A stretch of 64,000 nt of DNA from an uncultured Alphaproteobacteria bacterium (GCA_947259795.1 CAMYNJ010000142.1:553-64552), one strand, 5' to 3'; positions 1 to 9,620 are shown, counted from the stretch's first letter. The notes: generated by a model not told the origin, from the letters alone. Program-made: numbers and translations.

Positions 1-462
1 CTTCAGGTCGTCGGCGTCGCCATCGAATTTCTCGGCGATATCGGGGGGCAGGTAGGCCACGCCACCGGTGCCGGAGGCGAGAACCACGTTCCAGTCGCCA
101 TATTCGTATTTCACGCGCGGATCGCCTAGAAGATATGGGAATTGCGTCGAGCCCGACGAACCGAAGATCACCGTGCCGTCTTCGTATTTCTGCTGCTGGA
201 ACCAGTTCGCACCTTTGGTCGAGCCGGCGCCCGGCATGTATTTCACGACAACGGTCGGTTTGCCCGGCAATGCTTCGCTGAGGAGCGGCGCATAGAAATT
301 GGCCCATTTGGCCGATCCGCCCGACTCCGAAAACGGAATCACGAATTCGACAGTCTTGCCGGACAGGTCGAGACTGCCTTGCGCAGTCGCCGGCTGTGCG
401 GCTCCGAATGCAAAGCTCGCGGTAACGGCCACCGCCATGCCGATAAAGAGTCTGCGTTTCAT
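1..462 (-). CDS. Periplasmic solute-binding protein, TctC/Bug-like (tripartite tricarboxylate transporter family); C-terminal part runs off the window
   Basis: Not in the ORF track because there is no stop in the window. Reverse translation from ATG (462-460) gives MKRRLFIGMAVAVTASFAFGAAQPATAQGS (signal peptide), then ...TVVVKYMPGAGSTKGANWF. This resembles the PGAGG region of TctC/Bug receptors. Co-directional with the PrpF-like and TcuA-like genes. Confidence 0.5.
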   Translation of the reverse strand, partial: MKRRLFIGMAVAVTASFAFGAAQPATAQGSLDLSGKTVEFVIPFSESGGSAKWANFYAPLLSEALPGKPTVVVKYMPGAGSTKGANWFQQQKYEDGTVIFGSSGSTQFPYLLGDPRVKYEYGDWNVVLASGTGGVAYLPPDIAEKFDGDADDLK

Positions 463-508
463 TTTTTTTGCCTCCTTGTTGGCGTTTCCTGGTTATTGAT
501 TTCGGGCT

Positions 509-1591
509 TCAGCCCGGGACGTAGACGAACCCCTCGAAGATGCGCCGCGCGGTGCGCAGGATTTCCGTGCGCGCCACCCGCATGCCGTCTTGCGCGTCGG
601 GCTCCAGCGTCACCCCGACGTCGATCTGCCCGGCCGGATGTTCGATGGTGACGGTTCCCGACCGGCCGATCGCGCCGCCGGCGACCTCGGCTGCGACCGT
701 GCCCTCCAGGCAGCAGGCCGTGGCCAGGCAGATCGCGCCCGTCGCCGCGTGGCTGCGGTGGCAACGATGCGGCACCAGATAGCGCGATGCAATCGCACCG
801 CCGTGGCGCGCCGGCGATAGCAGGCCCACCTTGGGGACGACCAGCCCGGACACGTCGCCCAGCCCCATGCGCCGCCCGGCTTCCAGCCGCAGCGTCTCGA
901 TGCGCGCGAACAGGGCGTCGTCGGCGTCGATCTCGTTCGGGGTTTCGTCGCCGCGCAGGCCGACCGCCTCGGCGCGCAGCAACATCATCGGCATGGCATT
1001 GTCGATCAGCGTCACCGCGACGCCGTCGATCTCCTCCCGGCGCTTGCCGGATGCGAACAGCGCGCCGGTCACCGCGCCCTCGGTGTTGGAGAACGCCATG
1101 CGGATCGGCGCCGCCGTCCCCGGCACGCCGTCGATCGCCTGGTCGCCTTCATAGGTGACTTGTCCGCCGGGCGTCTGGATGGTCTGTTCGATGACGGCCC
1201 CTGTATTGACGTTGAAAACCCGCACGCTGGTCTCGGGGTCCTGCGCCGGCACCATGCCTTCCTCGATCGCGAAGGGGCCGACGCCGGACAGCATATTGCC
1301 GCAATTGGGCCTGGTGTCGACGATCTCTTCGTCGACGGAGACCTGGGCGAAGAGATAATCCACGTCCGCGTCGTCGCGCGCCGAGGGGCCGACGATGGCG
1401 ACCTTGCTGGTCTGCGGCTGGCTGCCGCCGATGCCGTCGACCTGCATGGGATGCGGCGAGCCCATGACGGCCAGCAGCACACGGTCACGCTCGCCCGCAT
1501 CGGCCGGCAGGTCTGACGCCTTGAAATAGGGTCCGCGCGATGTGCCGCCGCGCATGATGACGCAAGGTATGCGCCGGATTCTACCGGTCAT
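509..1591 (-). CDS. PrpF family protein (methylaconitate isomerase / 4-oxalomesaconate tautomerase-like)
   Basis: 360-aa ORF. The N-terminus RIPCVIMRGGTSRGPYF and the internal DTRPNCGNM are typical PrpF-family motifs. Confidence 0.8.
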   Translation of the reverse strand: MTGRIRRIPCVIMRGGTSRGPYFKASDLPADAGERDRVLLAVMGSPHPMQVDGIGGSQPQTSKVAIVGPSARDDADVDYLFAQVSVDEEIVDTRPNCGNMLSGVGPFAIEEGMVPAQDPETSVRVFNVNTGAVIEQTIQTPGGQVTYEGDQAIDGVPGTAAPIRMAFSNTEGAVTGALFASGKRREEIDGVAVTLIDNAMPMMLLRAEAVGLRGDETPNEIDADDALFARIETLRLEAGRRMGLGDVSGLVVPKVGLLSPARHGGAIASRYLVPHRCHRSHAATGAICLATACCLEGTVAAEVAGGAIGRSGTVTIEHPAGQIDVGVTLEPDAQDGMRVARTEILRTARRIFEGFVYVPG

Positions 1592-1663
1592 TTTTGCTCC
1601 CGTACTCCCTTGGTCGCGGAGTATCGGCCAAAACCATGCCCCTTGTGAAGGTCCTTGCTCGAT

Positions 1664-3154
1664 TTAACCGTCGGCCGCCTCTCCCGCGCCGGCGCCGGCG
1701 ATTCTGCCGAAGACCGTTCCGGACATCAGGCCGGTACCGCCGGGATAATTGAAATAGAAGATGCCGCCGACCAGTTCGCCCGCCGCATAAAGCCCGGGAA
1801 TCGGCGCCAGGTCACTGTCGATCACCTGGCCGCTGTCGGGGTCGATGCGCAGGCCCCCGAAAGTGAAGGTCACGCCGCAGGTGATCTGGTAGGCCTCGAA
1901 AGGCGGCTCGTCCAGCTTGTTGGCCCAATTCGATTTCGGCACCGCCAGCCCGTGCGCCGCTCGGCCGTCCTTCACATTGGGGTCGAACGGCGTATCGGTA
2001 TCGACCGCATCGTTATAGGCGGCGATTTCGGCCAGGAAACCCTTGGGATCGACGCCTTCCAGCTTGCCCGCGAGCTCTTCGAGAGTGTTCGCCGATACCT
2101 TGGTGACGCGGCGGATGCGGTATTCGTCGCGCAGCATGGGAATGATCTTGGCATCGAAGACCTGCCAGGCAAACTGGTCCGGCTGGTTCAGGACTTCCCG
2201 ACCGTATTTCGCGTAGGTGTAATTGCGGAAATCCGCGCCTTCATCGACGAAGCGCTTGCCGTGGGCATTGACCATGATGCCCCAGGGATAGGAATGTTTC
2301 TGGAAATTGTCGCCGACCGTCAGATCGCCGAATTCCGGCGCGTTGTAATCCCAGCCCACCGCATGGCATCCTGACCAGTTGCCGTAAGGCGAGGCGCCGA
2401 TATCCAGCGCCATGCGGATGCCGTCGCCGCTGTTGAAGCGGGTGCCGCGCACCTTGGCGATTTCCCAGCCCGGGCCCAGATAGCGTGTGCGCCATTCCGG
2501 GTTGGATTGGAAACCGCCGCTCGCCAGAATCACCGCCTTGCCCTGGATGTCGTATATTTCGCCGCCGCTCTTGACCCGCACGCCGGTGACCGTGTGGCCG
2601 TCGAACGCCAGCCCGACGACCCGCGCCCCGTAGCGCACCTCGATGCCCAGCTTGGCCGCCAGCTCGGTCTGGCGATCGACCAGGCCGGGGCCGCCGCCCC
2701 AGGCCTCGACCGTCAGCCCGCCCCAGAATTTGAACCTGCCGTCGATCTTGTAAGCCTGGCGGCCGAAGATCGGCACGAATCGCACGCCCTTTTCCTGCAG
2801 CCATTTCAGCGAATCGGCGGAACGGCGCACCAGACGCTCGCACAGCTCCGGGTCGGTGCGGAAGCGTGTGATCCGGAACATGTCGTCGAAGAACTGGTCG
2901 GTATTGTAGGTCCCGAAATCGGTATTGGCGATTTCGTCGTCCGTCAAGTCCGGCATCAGGGCCTTCAAATCGTCGACCCCGTCATAGGCGACGCGGAAGG
3001 CGCCGGCGGTAAAGCGGCTGTTGCCGCCGTTTTCCTCTTCCGGCGCGCGTTCCAGCACCAGCACCGACGCGCCCTTTTCGCGTGCCGCCATGGCCGCGCA
3101 GAAGGCCGCATTGCCTGCGCCGGCCACGATGACGTCGAACTTGTTGGCTGCCAT
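1664..3154 (-). CDS. FAD-dependent dehydrogenase, TcuA-like (tricarballylate dehydrogenase family)
   Basis: 496-aa ORF. N-terminal dinucleotide fold FDVIVAGAGNAAFCAAMAAREKGASVLVLE, GGNSRFT motif, and C-terminal GLYAAGE as in fumarate-reductase-like flavoproteins. Confidence 0.65.
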   Translation of the reverse strand: MAANKFDVIVAGAGNAAFCAAMAAREKGASVLVLERAPEEENGGNSRFTAGAFRVAYDGVDDLKALMPDLTDDEIANTDFGTYNTDQFFDDMFRITRFRTDPELCERLVRRSADSLKWLQEKGVRFVPIFGRQAYKIDGRFKFWGGLTVEAWGGGPGLVDRQTELAAKLGIEVRYGARVVGLAFDGHTVTGVRVKSGGEIYDIQGKAVILASGGFQSNPEWRTRYLGPGWEIAKVRGTRFNSGDGIRMALDIGASPYGNWSGCHAVGWDYNAPEFGDLTVGDNFQKHSYPWGIMVNAHGKRFVDEGADFRNYTYAKYGREVLNQPDQFAWQVFDAKIIPMLRDEYRIRRVTKVSANTLEELAGKLEGVDPKGFLAEIAAYNDAVDTDTPFDPNVKDGRAAHGLAVPKSNWANKLDEPPFEAYQITCGVTFTFGGLRIDPDSGQVIDSDLAPIPGLYAAGELVGGIFYFNYPGGTGLMSGTVFGRIAGAGAGEAADG

Positions 3155-3245
3155 GTCCAGTCCCCTCTATCATTGGCCGCGATTTCATGCGCTGCCGGCA
3201 GGCCCGTGTCAACAGGGGGCGCGGCGAAATGGCGATATTCAGCCC

Positions 3246-3275
3246 TTGACGGCACCCCCCCTCCTGCACTAAATA
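3246..3275 (+). promoter_or_regulatory. Putative sigma70-type promoter of rpmB
   Basis: TTGACG (3246-3251), 18-nt spacer, TAAATA (3270-3275), about 75 nt upstream of the rpmB ATG. Confidence 0.3.
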
Positions 3276-3348
3276 GGCGCGCCTGCCGGGTGAAGGCTTC
3301 GCCCGGCGACCGTATTTTATCGCCAAGGATCGCCAAGGATACAGAATC

Positions 3349-3639
3349 ATGGCTCGACGCTGCATCATCACGGGCAAGGGCGTGCAGGCTGGCAACAATG
3401 TCAGTCACGCCAACAACAGGACCCGCCGCCGTTTTCTGCCGAACCTGCAGAAGGCTTCGCTGCAGAGCGACGCGCTGGGCGAAAGCGTCCGGATGCGAAT
3501 CACCACCAGTGCGCTGCGCACCATCGAAAAGAATGGCGGGCTGGACGCCTGGCTGCTGGGCACCTCCAACGCCAAGCTCTCGGTCGAGGCGCGCAGGCTG
3601 AAGCGGCGCATCGAAAAGAAGGCGGCCGCCGCGGCCTGA
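3349..3639 (+). CDS. rpmB: 50S ribosomal protein L28 (bL28)
   Basis: 96 aa. [34 protein letters not shown] is the canonical bL28 N-terminus. Confidence 0.95.
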   Translation: MARRCIITGKGVQAGNNVSHANNRTRRRFLPNLQKASLQSDALGESVRMRITTSALRTIEKNGGLDAWLLGTSNAKLSVEARRLKRRIEKKAAAAA

Positions 3640-3668
3640 TTCGGCCAGACGACCGGCATTCCGGCGAG

Positions 3669-3693
3669 AAGCCCGCGATTTCGCGGGCTTTTT
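3669..3693 (+). terminator. Rho-independent terminator of rpmB
   Basis: Stem AAGCCCGCG (3669-3677), loop ATTT, CGCGGGCTT (3682-3690), running into a T5 tract (3689-3693). Confidence 0.75.
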
Positions 3694-3804
3694 CGCGTTT
3701 GTAGACCGGTTTACCGGGAATTCTGCCGGCGTTTATACATAAAATCTTAGAGATTTGGCTTGCATTCTCCCCTGTTGCGGAACCTGAACCGAGACAAGGG
3801 GACG

Positions 3805-4377
3805 ATGGACAAGGTTAAAGCCGTAATAAATGTGAGCCTGGCGGAAGTATGGGGCACCGACGGCGAGGAGGGAACGCCGTCGGAAAACTGGCCCTACCGG
3901 CTGGATTATTGGGGGATGGCCAAGGGCTGGAAGCTTTATCGCTTCAGCGACGGCAAGGTGGCGCGCTATGCCGGTTACGACCCGGAGGTCGGGGTAATTT
4001 CGGGTCCGATCGCCGACATGACCCTCGAAGACATGGCCGACGAATTCCGCGGCGGCGACTGGATCTACCAGCGCGGGCCGATAGAGCTCGACGAAGAGGC
4101 CGCCGGCAAGAATGGCGCCGTCCCCTCCCGCGAGGAACGGCTGGCGGCGGTCGATGCGCTGGCCTGTGAGGCGTTGGGGGCCGATGGCGATTACGCCGTC
4201 CTGCGCGGCTACTACCTGGAAGCGACGGGCGGTCATGTCGCGCTGGTCCGGCCGCACCGCAGCCGCGGCGAAGCGCTGGTGATCGGCACGGACATGAAGC
4301 CGATCGCGATCGGATACCAGAAGGCCACTCCCGACCGGCGTATCTGCATCGCGTTGGCCCGGAACCTGCCGGAATGA
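3805..4377 (+). CDS. Hypothetical protein (no recognisable domain)
   Basis: The ORF is open from 3760 (TTG). ATG at 3805 (MDKVKAVINVSL...) is preferred. Coding-like composition, but I recognise no motif. Confidence 0.5.
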   Translation: MDKVKAVINVSLAEVWGTDGEEGTPSENWPYRLDYWGMAKGWKLYRFSDGKVARYAGYDPEVGVISGPIADMTLEDMADEFRGGDWIYQRGPIELDEEAAGKNGAVPSREERLAAVDALACEALGADGDYAVLRGYYLEATGGHVALVRPHRSRGEALVIGTDMKPIAIGYQKATPDRRICIALARNLPE

Positions 4378-4480
4378 CGAAAGATGGGCGCAACTGCCGC
4401 CGGTTCCCGGCCTGCTGGCGAAATCCGGCCCATCGCGCTAATATTGTCGAACCTGTTGTTCAGCAATATTCGAGGTTGCC

Positions 4481-5254
4481 ATGATTGCGAGAAGGGATGT
4501 CCTGAAGGGGGTTGCCAGCGCGCCATTGGCGGGCTTGCCGCTGGCTGCGATTCTGGCCGACCCCGCGCTTGCCCGCGCCGCCGCGGCGGGCCTGCATGAA
4601 TACACCATCAACACGCCGGCGGGCCGCCGGGTCACCGGCGCACTGGCGATGCCGCTGGGCGTGCCGGCGCCGACGGTGCTGCTGATCCACGAATGGTGGG
4701 GGCTCAACGACCAGATCAAGGCGGTGACGGCGGAATTCGGCCGGCTGGGCTATCTGGCGGTGGCCGTCGACTTGATGGCCGGCAAGGTGGCGACGACGCC
4801 CGACGAGGCCAGGGCGCTGACCGGCACCGTGGTGGCCGAAGAGGCGACCGACACGCTGGCCGGCTGGATCGAATGGCTGCGCGTCCACGATGCCTCGAAC
4901 CGCAAGATCGGCACGGTCGGTTGGTGCTTCGGCGGCGGCTGGTCGCTCGGCGCATCGATCGCGGCGCCGGTCGAGGCGACGGTGATCTATTACGGCCGGG
5001 TGACCCGCAAGGCGGACGAGTTGGCGCATCTCAAGGGGCCGGTGCTAGGCCATTTCGCGTCCCGCGACAAATTCATCGACAACAAGATGGTATCCGTCTG
5101 GGAGGCGGAAATGGAAAAGGCCGGAAAGAGCTACAGCACTCACTGGTACGATGCCGACCACGCCTTCGCCAACCCGACCAGCGCCCGTTACGACGAGGCC
5201 GACGCGAAGCTCGCCTGGGACCGCACCCTGAAATTTTTCGATGAACACCTGTAG
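4481..5254 (+). CDS. Dienelactone hydrolase family protein with Tat signal peptide
   Basis: 257 aa. Twin-arginine leader MIARRDVLKG...ALARA. LIHEWWGLND and GWCFGG (nucleophile elbow) are typical of the DLH family. Confidence 0.8.
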   Translation: MIARRDVLKGVASAPLAGLPLAAILADPALARAAAAGLHEYTINTPAGRRVTGALAMPLGVPAPTVLLIHEWWGLNDQIKAVTAEFGRLGYLAVAVDLMAGKVATTPDEARALTGTVVAEEATDTLAGWIEWLRVHDASNRKIGTVGWCFGGGWSLGASIAAPVEATVIYYGRVTRKADELAHLKGPVLGHFASRDKFIDNKMVSVWEAEMEKAGKSYSTHWYDADHAFANPTSARYDEADAKLAWDRTLKFFDEHL

Positions 5255-5272
5255 GGAAAGCGGGGAAGCGCG

Positions 5273-5857
5273 GTGATCAAACGGGTTCTGGTTCTGTGTG
5301 TCGGAGTGGTCTGCGCGGCCGGCGCCTCGCAGGCGCCCGAGTTCACGCAGCAATATCTGCAGAGGCTGGGCGGCTGGGTGGATTCCTATAAGGATCGCGT
5401 CGCCCGGCTGGATTTGCGCGCGGCCCAGTTCGAAATGAAGCGCGAGCAGTATATCGCCGCGCTGCGGGCCAGCGAAGACCCCAAGGTCAGAGAGGAAGCC
5501 GCCAATATCGCCACCTGGCCGGTCTATCTTGAACGCTATTCCGAGATGCAGCGGATCCTGCAGAACAGTCCGGCATGGATGCAGCCGATTCGGCTGATGC
5601 AGAACTATGGCGATCCGGCCTTTGCGCCGATCGTCCGGTCCACCTTCGACGAATACAAGGCCGGGGCCCCGATTACCGCCGAGGGCGCAGCCTTCGGCGG
5701 CGCCGGTTTCGTCGCCGGATGGATCCTGACCGTCATTGGGACCGCCCTGGTCCGCGCACCGATAAACATGATCCGCCGCCGTCGCGAACCGGCGAAGAAG
5801 CTGCCCAACCTCGTCGCGCACCGGCTCGACGAGCCCGCGGAAACCGACCAGGCATAG
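5273..5857 (+). CDS. DUF2937 family membrane protein
   Basis: 194 aa, GTG start. QAPEFTQQYLQRLGG near the N-terminus matches my recollection of DUF2937. One C-terminal TM segment. Confidence 0.6.
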   Translation: MIKRVLVLCVGVVCAAGASQAPEFTQQYLQRLGGWVDSYKDRVARLDLRAAQFEMKREQYIAALRASEDPKVREEAANIATWPVYLERYSEMQRILQNSPAWMQPIRLMQNYGDPAFAPIVRSTFDEYKAGAPITAEGAAFGGAGFVAGWILTVIGTALVRAPINMIRRRREPAKKLPNLVAHRLDEPAETDQA

Positions 5858-5876
5858 AATTATCTTCCGCTTGAGG
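5857..5876 (+). repeat. Copy A of an 18-20 nt motif GAATTATCTTCSGCTTGA overlapping a stop codon
   Basis: GAATTATCTTCCGCTTGAGG begins at the last base of the DUF2937 TAG stop. A near-identical copy is at 48306-48325. Confidence 0.6.
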
Positions 5877-5907
5877 CGACCCGCCGCGCCCGGCGAAAGT
5901 AGCGGGA

Positions 5908-6564
5908 TTATGTCGGAGCCGATCCCGATGCGATATAAACCATGCCGAAATACCCTTCTTCATATGTCGTATCCCCGAGGTGCCGGCCGATCGACTCCCA
6001 AGGGTGGCGTTTGGTCAATTCCAGCGAGACGGCGAAGGGCCTGACCAGGAAGACGAACAGCGGCGCAAGATGCCGCAGCCAGCCTTTCGGCAAGCGCAGA
6101 TCCAGGACGACCCAGCGTCTTCCCGGCGCGAGCGCCTGCGCGCCGCGTTCGATGACCGCGTCGAATTCGGGCTCAAGGGTCAGGGCGAAGGTTGACAATA
6201 TACCGCCGACATTCCTCGGAAACGAATAGTCGGCGGCGGCGGCCTGCACCAGTTCCACGTTGGTCCAGCCCATACGCTGCACCCTGCCGGCAGCCTGCGC
6301 CAGCATCTCCGGGCTCAGATCCACACCGATAATCCGGCCTTCCGGGCCGATTTTTTCCTGTATCAGCGCGAAATTCAGGCCGGTCCCGCAGCCGATTTCC
6401 ACGACCGTGTCGCCGGAGCGCAGCATCAGCCGTTCCACGGCCCTGCGGCGGTAACTTTGTTCCCGAAAACCGATGAGATAATAAAGATTGGCGGAGATGT
6501 CGTACCAGGCGGCGCGCCGCCTGTAGACTCCGGCAACTTCATCGCGCGTTGTGAAATCCCCGAT
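5908..6564 (-). CDS. Class I SAM-dependent methyltransferase (start uncertain: ATC at 6564 or GTG at 6438)
   Basis: SAM motif VVEIGCGTG. Family-like N-terminal sequence VAGVYRRRAAWYDISANLYYLIGFREQSYRRRAVERL continues upstream of the tracked GTG start with no ATG/GTG/TTG. A strong SD GGAAGGAGA lies 7 nt before ATC at 6564. Confidence 0.7.
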   Translation of the reverse strand: MGDFTTRDEVAGVYRRRAAWYDISANLYYLIGFREQSYRRRAVERLMLRSGDTVVEIGCGTGLNFALIQEKIGPEGRIIGVDLSPEMLAQAAGRVQRMGWTNVELVQAAAADYSFPRNVGGILSTFALTLEPEFDAVIERGAQALAPGRRWVVLDLRLPKGWLRHLAPLFVFLVRPFAVSLELTKRHPWESIGRHLGDTTYEEGYFGMVYIASGSAPT

Positions 6565-6654
6565 GACGGCTCTCCTTCCGGCTCAAGACCAATCCCGTCC
6601 GGAAGTGTAAGAGCTGCCCACGTTGGAATGTCAATAGCGGCGCCGGCCCTGTTA

Positions 6655-8544
6655 TCAGGCCCTGCGTCCGCCGGCCGCCATTCGCCGCCCCGTGCCCGTC
6701 GCGCGCCGTGCGCGGGCGTCTTCGTCGAACAGCTCGGTCAGTTTTTCCATCATGGTGCCGCCCAGCTGCTCGACATCCATGATGGTGACCGCGCGGCGGT
6801 AGTATCGGGTCACGTCGTGGCCGATGCCGATGGCGACCAGTTCGACCGGCGAGCGGGTCTCGATATAGTCGATGACGTCGCGCAGATGGCGCTCCAGGTA
6901 ATTGCCGGCATTGACCGACAGGGTGGAATCGTCGACCGGCGCGCCGTCGGAAATCACCATCAGGATGCGGCGCTGCTCGGTGCGCGCGATCAGCCGGTTG
7001 TGCGCCCACATCAGCGACTCGCCGTCGATATTCTCCTTCAGCAGGCCCTCGCGCAGCATCAGCCCCAGATTCTTGCGGGCGCGGCGCAGCGGCGCGTCGG
7101 CGGTCTTGTAGACAATATGGCGCATGTCGTTGAGCCGGCCGGGGTTTGCCGGCTTGCCATCGGCGATCCATTGCTCGCGCGCCTGCCCGCCCTTCCAGGC
7201 GCGCGTCGTGAAACCAAGGATCTCCACCTTGACGCCGCAGCGCTCCAGCGTGCGGGCCAGGATGTCGGCGCTCATCGCCGCGATGGCGATCGGCCGGCCG
7301 CGCATCGAGCCCGAATTGTCCAGCAGCAGCGTGACCACGGTGTCGCGGAACTCGGTGTCGTTCTCCTGCTTGAAGGAGAGCGGGGTCAGCGGGTTGGTGA
7401 CGATGCGGTCGAGGCGCGCCGTATCCAGCATCCCTTCTTCCAGATTGAAATCCCACGAACGCGTCTGCTTGGCCAGCAGGCGGCGCTGCAACCGGTTGGC
7501 CAGCTTGCCGATCATGCCCTGCAGATGGCTGAGCTGCTGGTCCAGCATGTAGCGCAGGCGGGTCAGTTCCTCCGGGTCGCACAGCTCCTCGGCCTCGATC
7601 ACCTCGTCGAAGGCTTCGCTATAGACCTTGTAGAACGGCTCCTTCGGCAGGTTCGACAGGTCGCTGTCCTGGCGCTTCATGCCGGGATCGCCTGGGGTCT
7701 CGCCGCCCGGCGCGGTCATCGCCTCGCCCTCGCCGGCCTCGCCCGACTCCTGCATGTCCATGTCGCCGGTATCCGCCGCCAGGCTGTCGGACAGCGCCTG
7801 CTCCAGCTTGCCCGTGCCTTCGATTTCCTCGGAGGCGGTCTCGGGGCCGTCTTCCTGGTCCTCGCCGCCCTCCTCGTCGGATTGTTCGCCGCCCTCGGCC
7901 TCGTCCTCTTCGCCCAGATCGATATCCAGCGCGGCGATCAACTGGCGCACCGCCTCGCAATAGGCGGCCTGGTCGTCGGCGTGGCGCTGCAGGCCGACCA
8001 GCGCCCGTTTCACCTTGGCGCCCAGCAGCGGTTGCCATTGCTTCCAGGCCTTGCGGGCGGCGGGCGGCGGCGGCGCGCCGGTCAGCGCCTGTCGGGCCAT
8101 CAGCCGCACGATCTCGGGCATGGTGGCCTCGGTGGTGTCCTCGATCACGCCGAAGCCTTCGCGCTTGTAGCGCTCTTCCAGGGCCGCCGACAGGTTTTCC
8201 GCCACGCCGGCCATCTTGCGGGCGCCCAGTGCTTCCACCCGGGCCTGTTCCAGCGCATCGTACAGCACCGGCGCCACATCGCCCGTGGGCCGCCGCCGGG
8301 CGTGCAGCGCTTCGTTGTGCAGGCGCAGTTTCAGCGCTGCGGCGTCGGCCTCGCCGCGTACATAGGCGGCTTCCTCGGCCGGCAATTCGCGGCTGGGCAG
8401 GGGCACGCGCACGCGCGGACCCTCGGCGCCCTTGGCGCTGTCGGTGCCGTAGGTGAGGTCGGCGTCGTCGCGGCCCGAGATCGCCCGGAAAGCCGCGGCG
8501 TTCGCGCGCTTGAAGACCTCTACCGGTGAGTCCTGATCCGCCAT
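6655..8544 (-). CDS. cobT: Cobaltochelatase subunit CobT-like (VWA domain protein)
   Basis: 629 aa. N-terminus [24 protein letters not shown], acidic central region, and C-terminal VWA segment [14 protein letters not shown]. Adjacent to cobS. Confidence 0.85.
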   Translation of the reverse strand: MADQDSPVEVFKRANAAAFRAISGRDDADLTYGTDSAKGAEGPRVRVPLPSRELPAEEAAYVRGEADAAALKLRLHNEALHARRRPTGDVAPVLYDALEQARVEALGARKMAGVAENLSAALEERYKREGFGVIEDTTEATMPEIVRLMARQALTGAPPPPAARKAWKQWQPLLGAKVKRALVGLQRHADDQAAYCEAVRQLIAALDIDLGEEDEAEGGEQSDEEGGEDQEDGPETASEEIEGTGKLEQALSDSLAADTGDMDMQESGEAGEGEAMTAPGGETPGDPGMKRQDSDLSNLPKEPFYKVYSEAFDEVIEAEELCDPEELTRLRYMLDQQLSHLQGMIGKLANRLQRRLLAKQTRSWDFNLEEGMLDTARLDRIVTNPLTPLSFKQENDTEFRDTVVTLLLDNSGSMRGRPIAIAAMSADILARTLERCGVKVEILGFTTRAWKGGQAREQWIADGKPANPGRLNDMRHIVYKTADAPLRRARKNLGLMLREGLLKENIDGESLMWAHNRLIARTEQRRILMVISDGAPVDDSTLSVNAGNYLERHLRDVIDYIETRSPVELVAIGIGHDVTRYYRRAVTIMDVEQLGGTMMEKLTELFDEDARARRATGTGRRMAAGGRRA

Positions 8545-8554
8545 GCCGTTCCGG

Positions 8555-9559
8555 TCAGATCAGGGTTGCCTTGACCCCGGACTCCGGCAGTTCGGTGCCG
8601 AAGCAGCGCTGGTAATATTCGGCGACCACCGGGCGTTCCAGCTCGTCGCATTTGTTCAGGAAGGTCACTCGGAAAGCGAAGGCGATATCCTTGAACATTT
8701 CCGCATTCTCGGCCCAGGTAATGACGGTGCGCGGCGACATGACGGTCGATATGTCGCCGTTGATGAAGCCGGCGCGGGTCAGGTCGGCCAGCGTCACCAT
8801 GGCGGCGATGGTCGCGCGGCCTTCGTCATTGTCGTAGCCCGGCACCTTCGACAGCACGATGCGGTTCTCTTCCTCGTCGGACAGATAATTCAGCGTGGTG
8901 ACGATGTTCCAGCGGTCCATCTGCGCCTGGTTGATCTGCTGGGTGCCGTGATAGAGCCCCGTAGTGTCGCCCAGCCCCACCGTGTTGGTGGTCGAGAACA
9001 GGCGGAACCAGGGATGCGGGCGGATCACCCGGCTCTGGTCCAGGAGCGTCAGCTTGCCCTCGACCTCGAGAATGCGCTGAATCACGAACATCACGTCCGG
9101 CCGCCCGGCGTCGTATTCGTCGAAGCACAGCGCGCAGGGGTTCTGCAGCGCCCAGGGCAGAATTCCCTCGCGGAATTCGGTGACCTGCTGGCCTTCGCGC
9201 AGCACGATGGCGTCCTTGCCGATCAGGTCGATTCGGCTGATATGGCTGTCCAGGTTGACGCGCACGCAGGGCCAGTTCAGGCGCGTGGCGACCTGTTCCA
9301 CATGGGTCGATTTGCCGGTGCCGTGATAGCCCTGGATCATGACGCGGCGGTTGTAGGCGAAGCCGGCCAGGATGGCGAGCGTGGTGTCGTGATCGAACAC
9401 ATAGGCTTCGTCCAGTTCCGGCACATAGTCAGACCCGTGCGAGAAGGCCGGGACCTCCATGTCGGAATCGATCCCGAAGGTCTGGCGCACGGACACCTTG
9501 ATGTCCGGCGCCTCGAGATCGTGGGCGCGTTGTATCGAATGGTCGCTCATGTTCGTCAT
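8555..9559 (-). CDS. cobS: Cobaltochelatase subunit CobS-like (AAA+ MoxR-type ATPase)
   Basis: Walker [10 protein letters not shown] and the [19 protein letters not shown]-terminal motif. The ORF is open to 9631, but the homologous length suggests a start at M25 (9559). 9601 and 9550 are alternatives. Confidence 0.85.
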   Translation of the reverse strand: MTNMSDHSIQRAHDLEAPDIKVSVRQTFGIDSDMEVPAFSHGSDYVPELDEAYVFDHDTTLAILAGFAYNRRVMIQGYHGTGKSTHVEQVATRLNWPCVRVNLDSHISRIDLIGKDAIVLREGQQVTEFREGILPWALQNPCALCFDEYDAGRPDVMFVIQRILEVEGKLTLLDQSRVIRPHPWFRLFSTTNTVGLGDTTGLYHGTQQINQAQMDRWNIVTTLNYLSDEEENRIVLSKVPGYDNDEGRATIAAMVTLADLTRAGFINGDISTVMSPRTVITWAENAEMFKDIAFAFRVTFLNKCDELERPVVAEYYQRCFGTELPESGVKATLI

Positions 9560-9620
9560 CAATCGGAATCCGTTCGTCTTCGCAAGTTGGGCCGGGTCCA
9601 TGTCCCGGCGGCGCGGGCGG

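Noticed and set aside
3752-3780. TTGGCTTGCATT upstream of the orphan ORF, considered as a sigma54 -24/-12 promoter.
   Set aside because: The GG and GC elements are not at the required spacing (GG-N10-GC).
6457-8529. 690-aa ORF on the + strand, plus other very long ORFs antisense to real genes: 15624..17414, 18875..20197, 48286..50001, 55708..57210, 61691..63109, 29134..30486, 39668..40576.
   Set aside because: They lie antisense to genes with unambiguous family motifs (cobT, corC/aroB, ptsP, prfA, clpB, secA and others). Their translations are low-complexity and Arg/Ala/Gly/Pro-rich, and I recognise no motifs in them. These are typical shadow ORFs of a high-GC genome.
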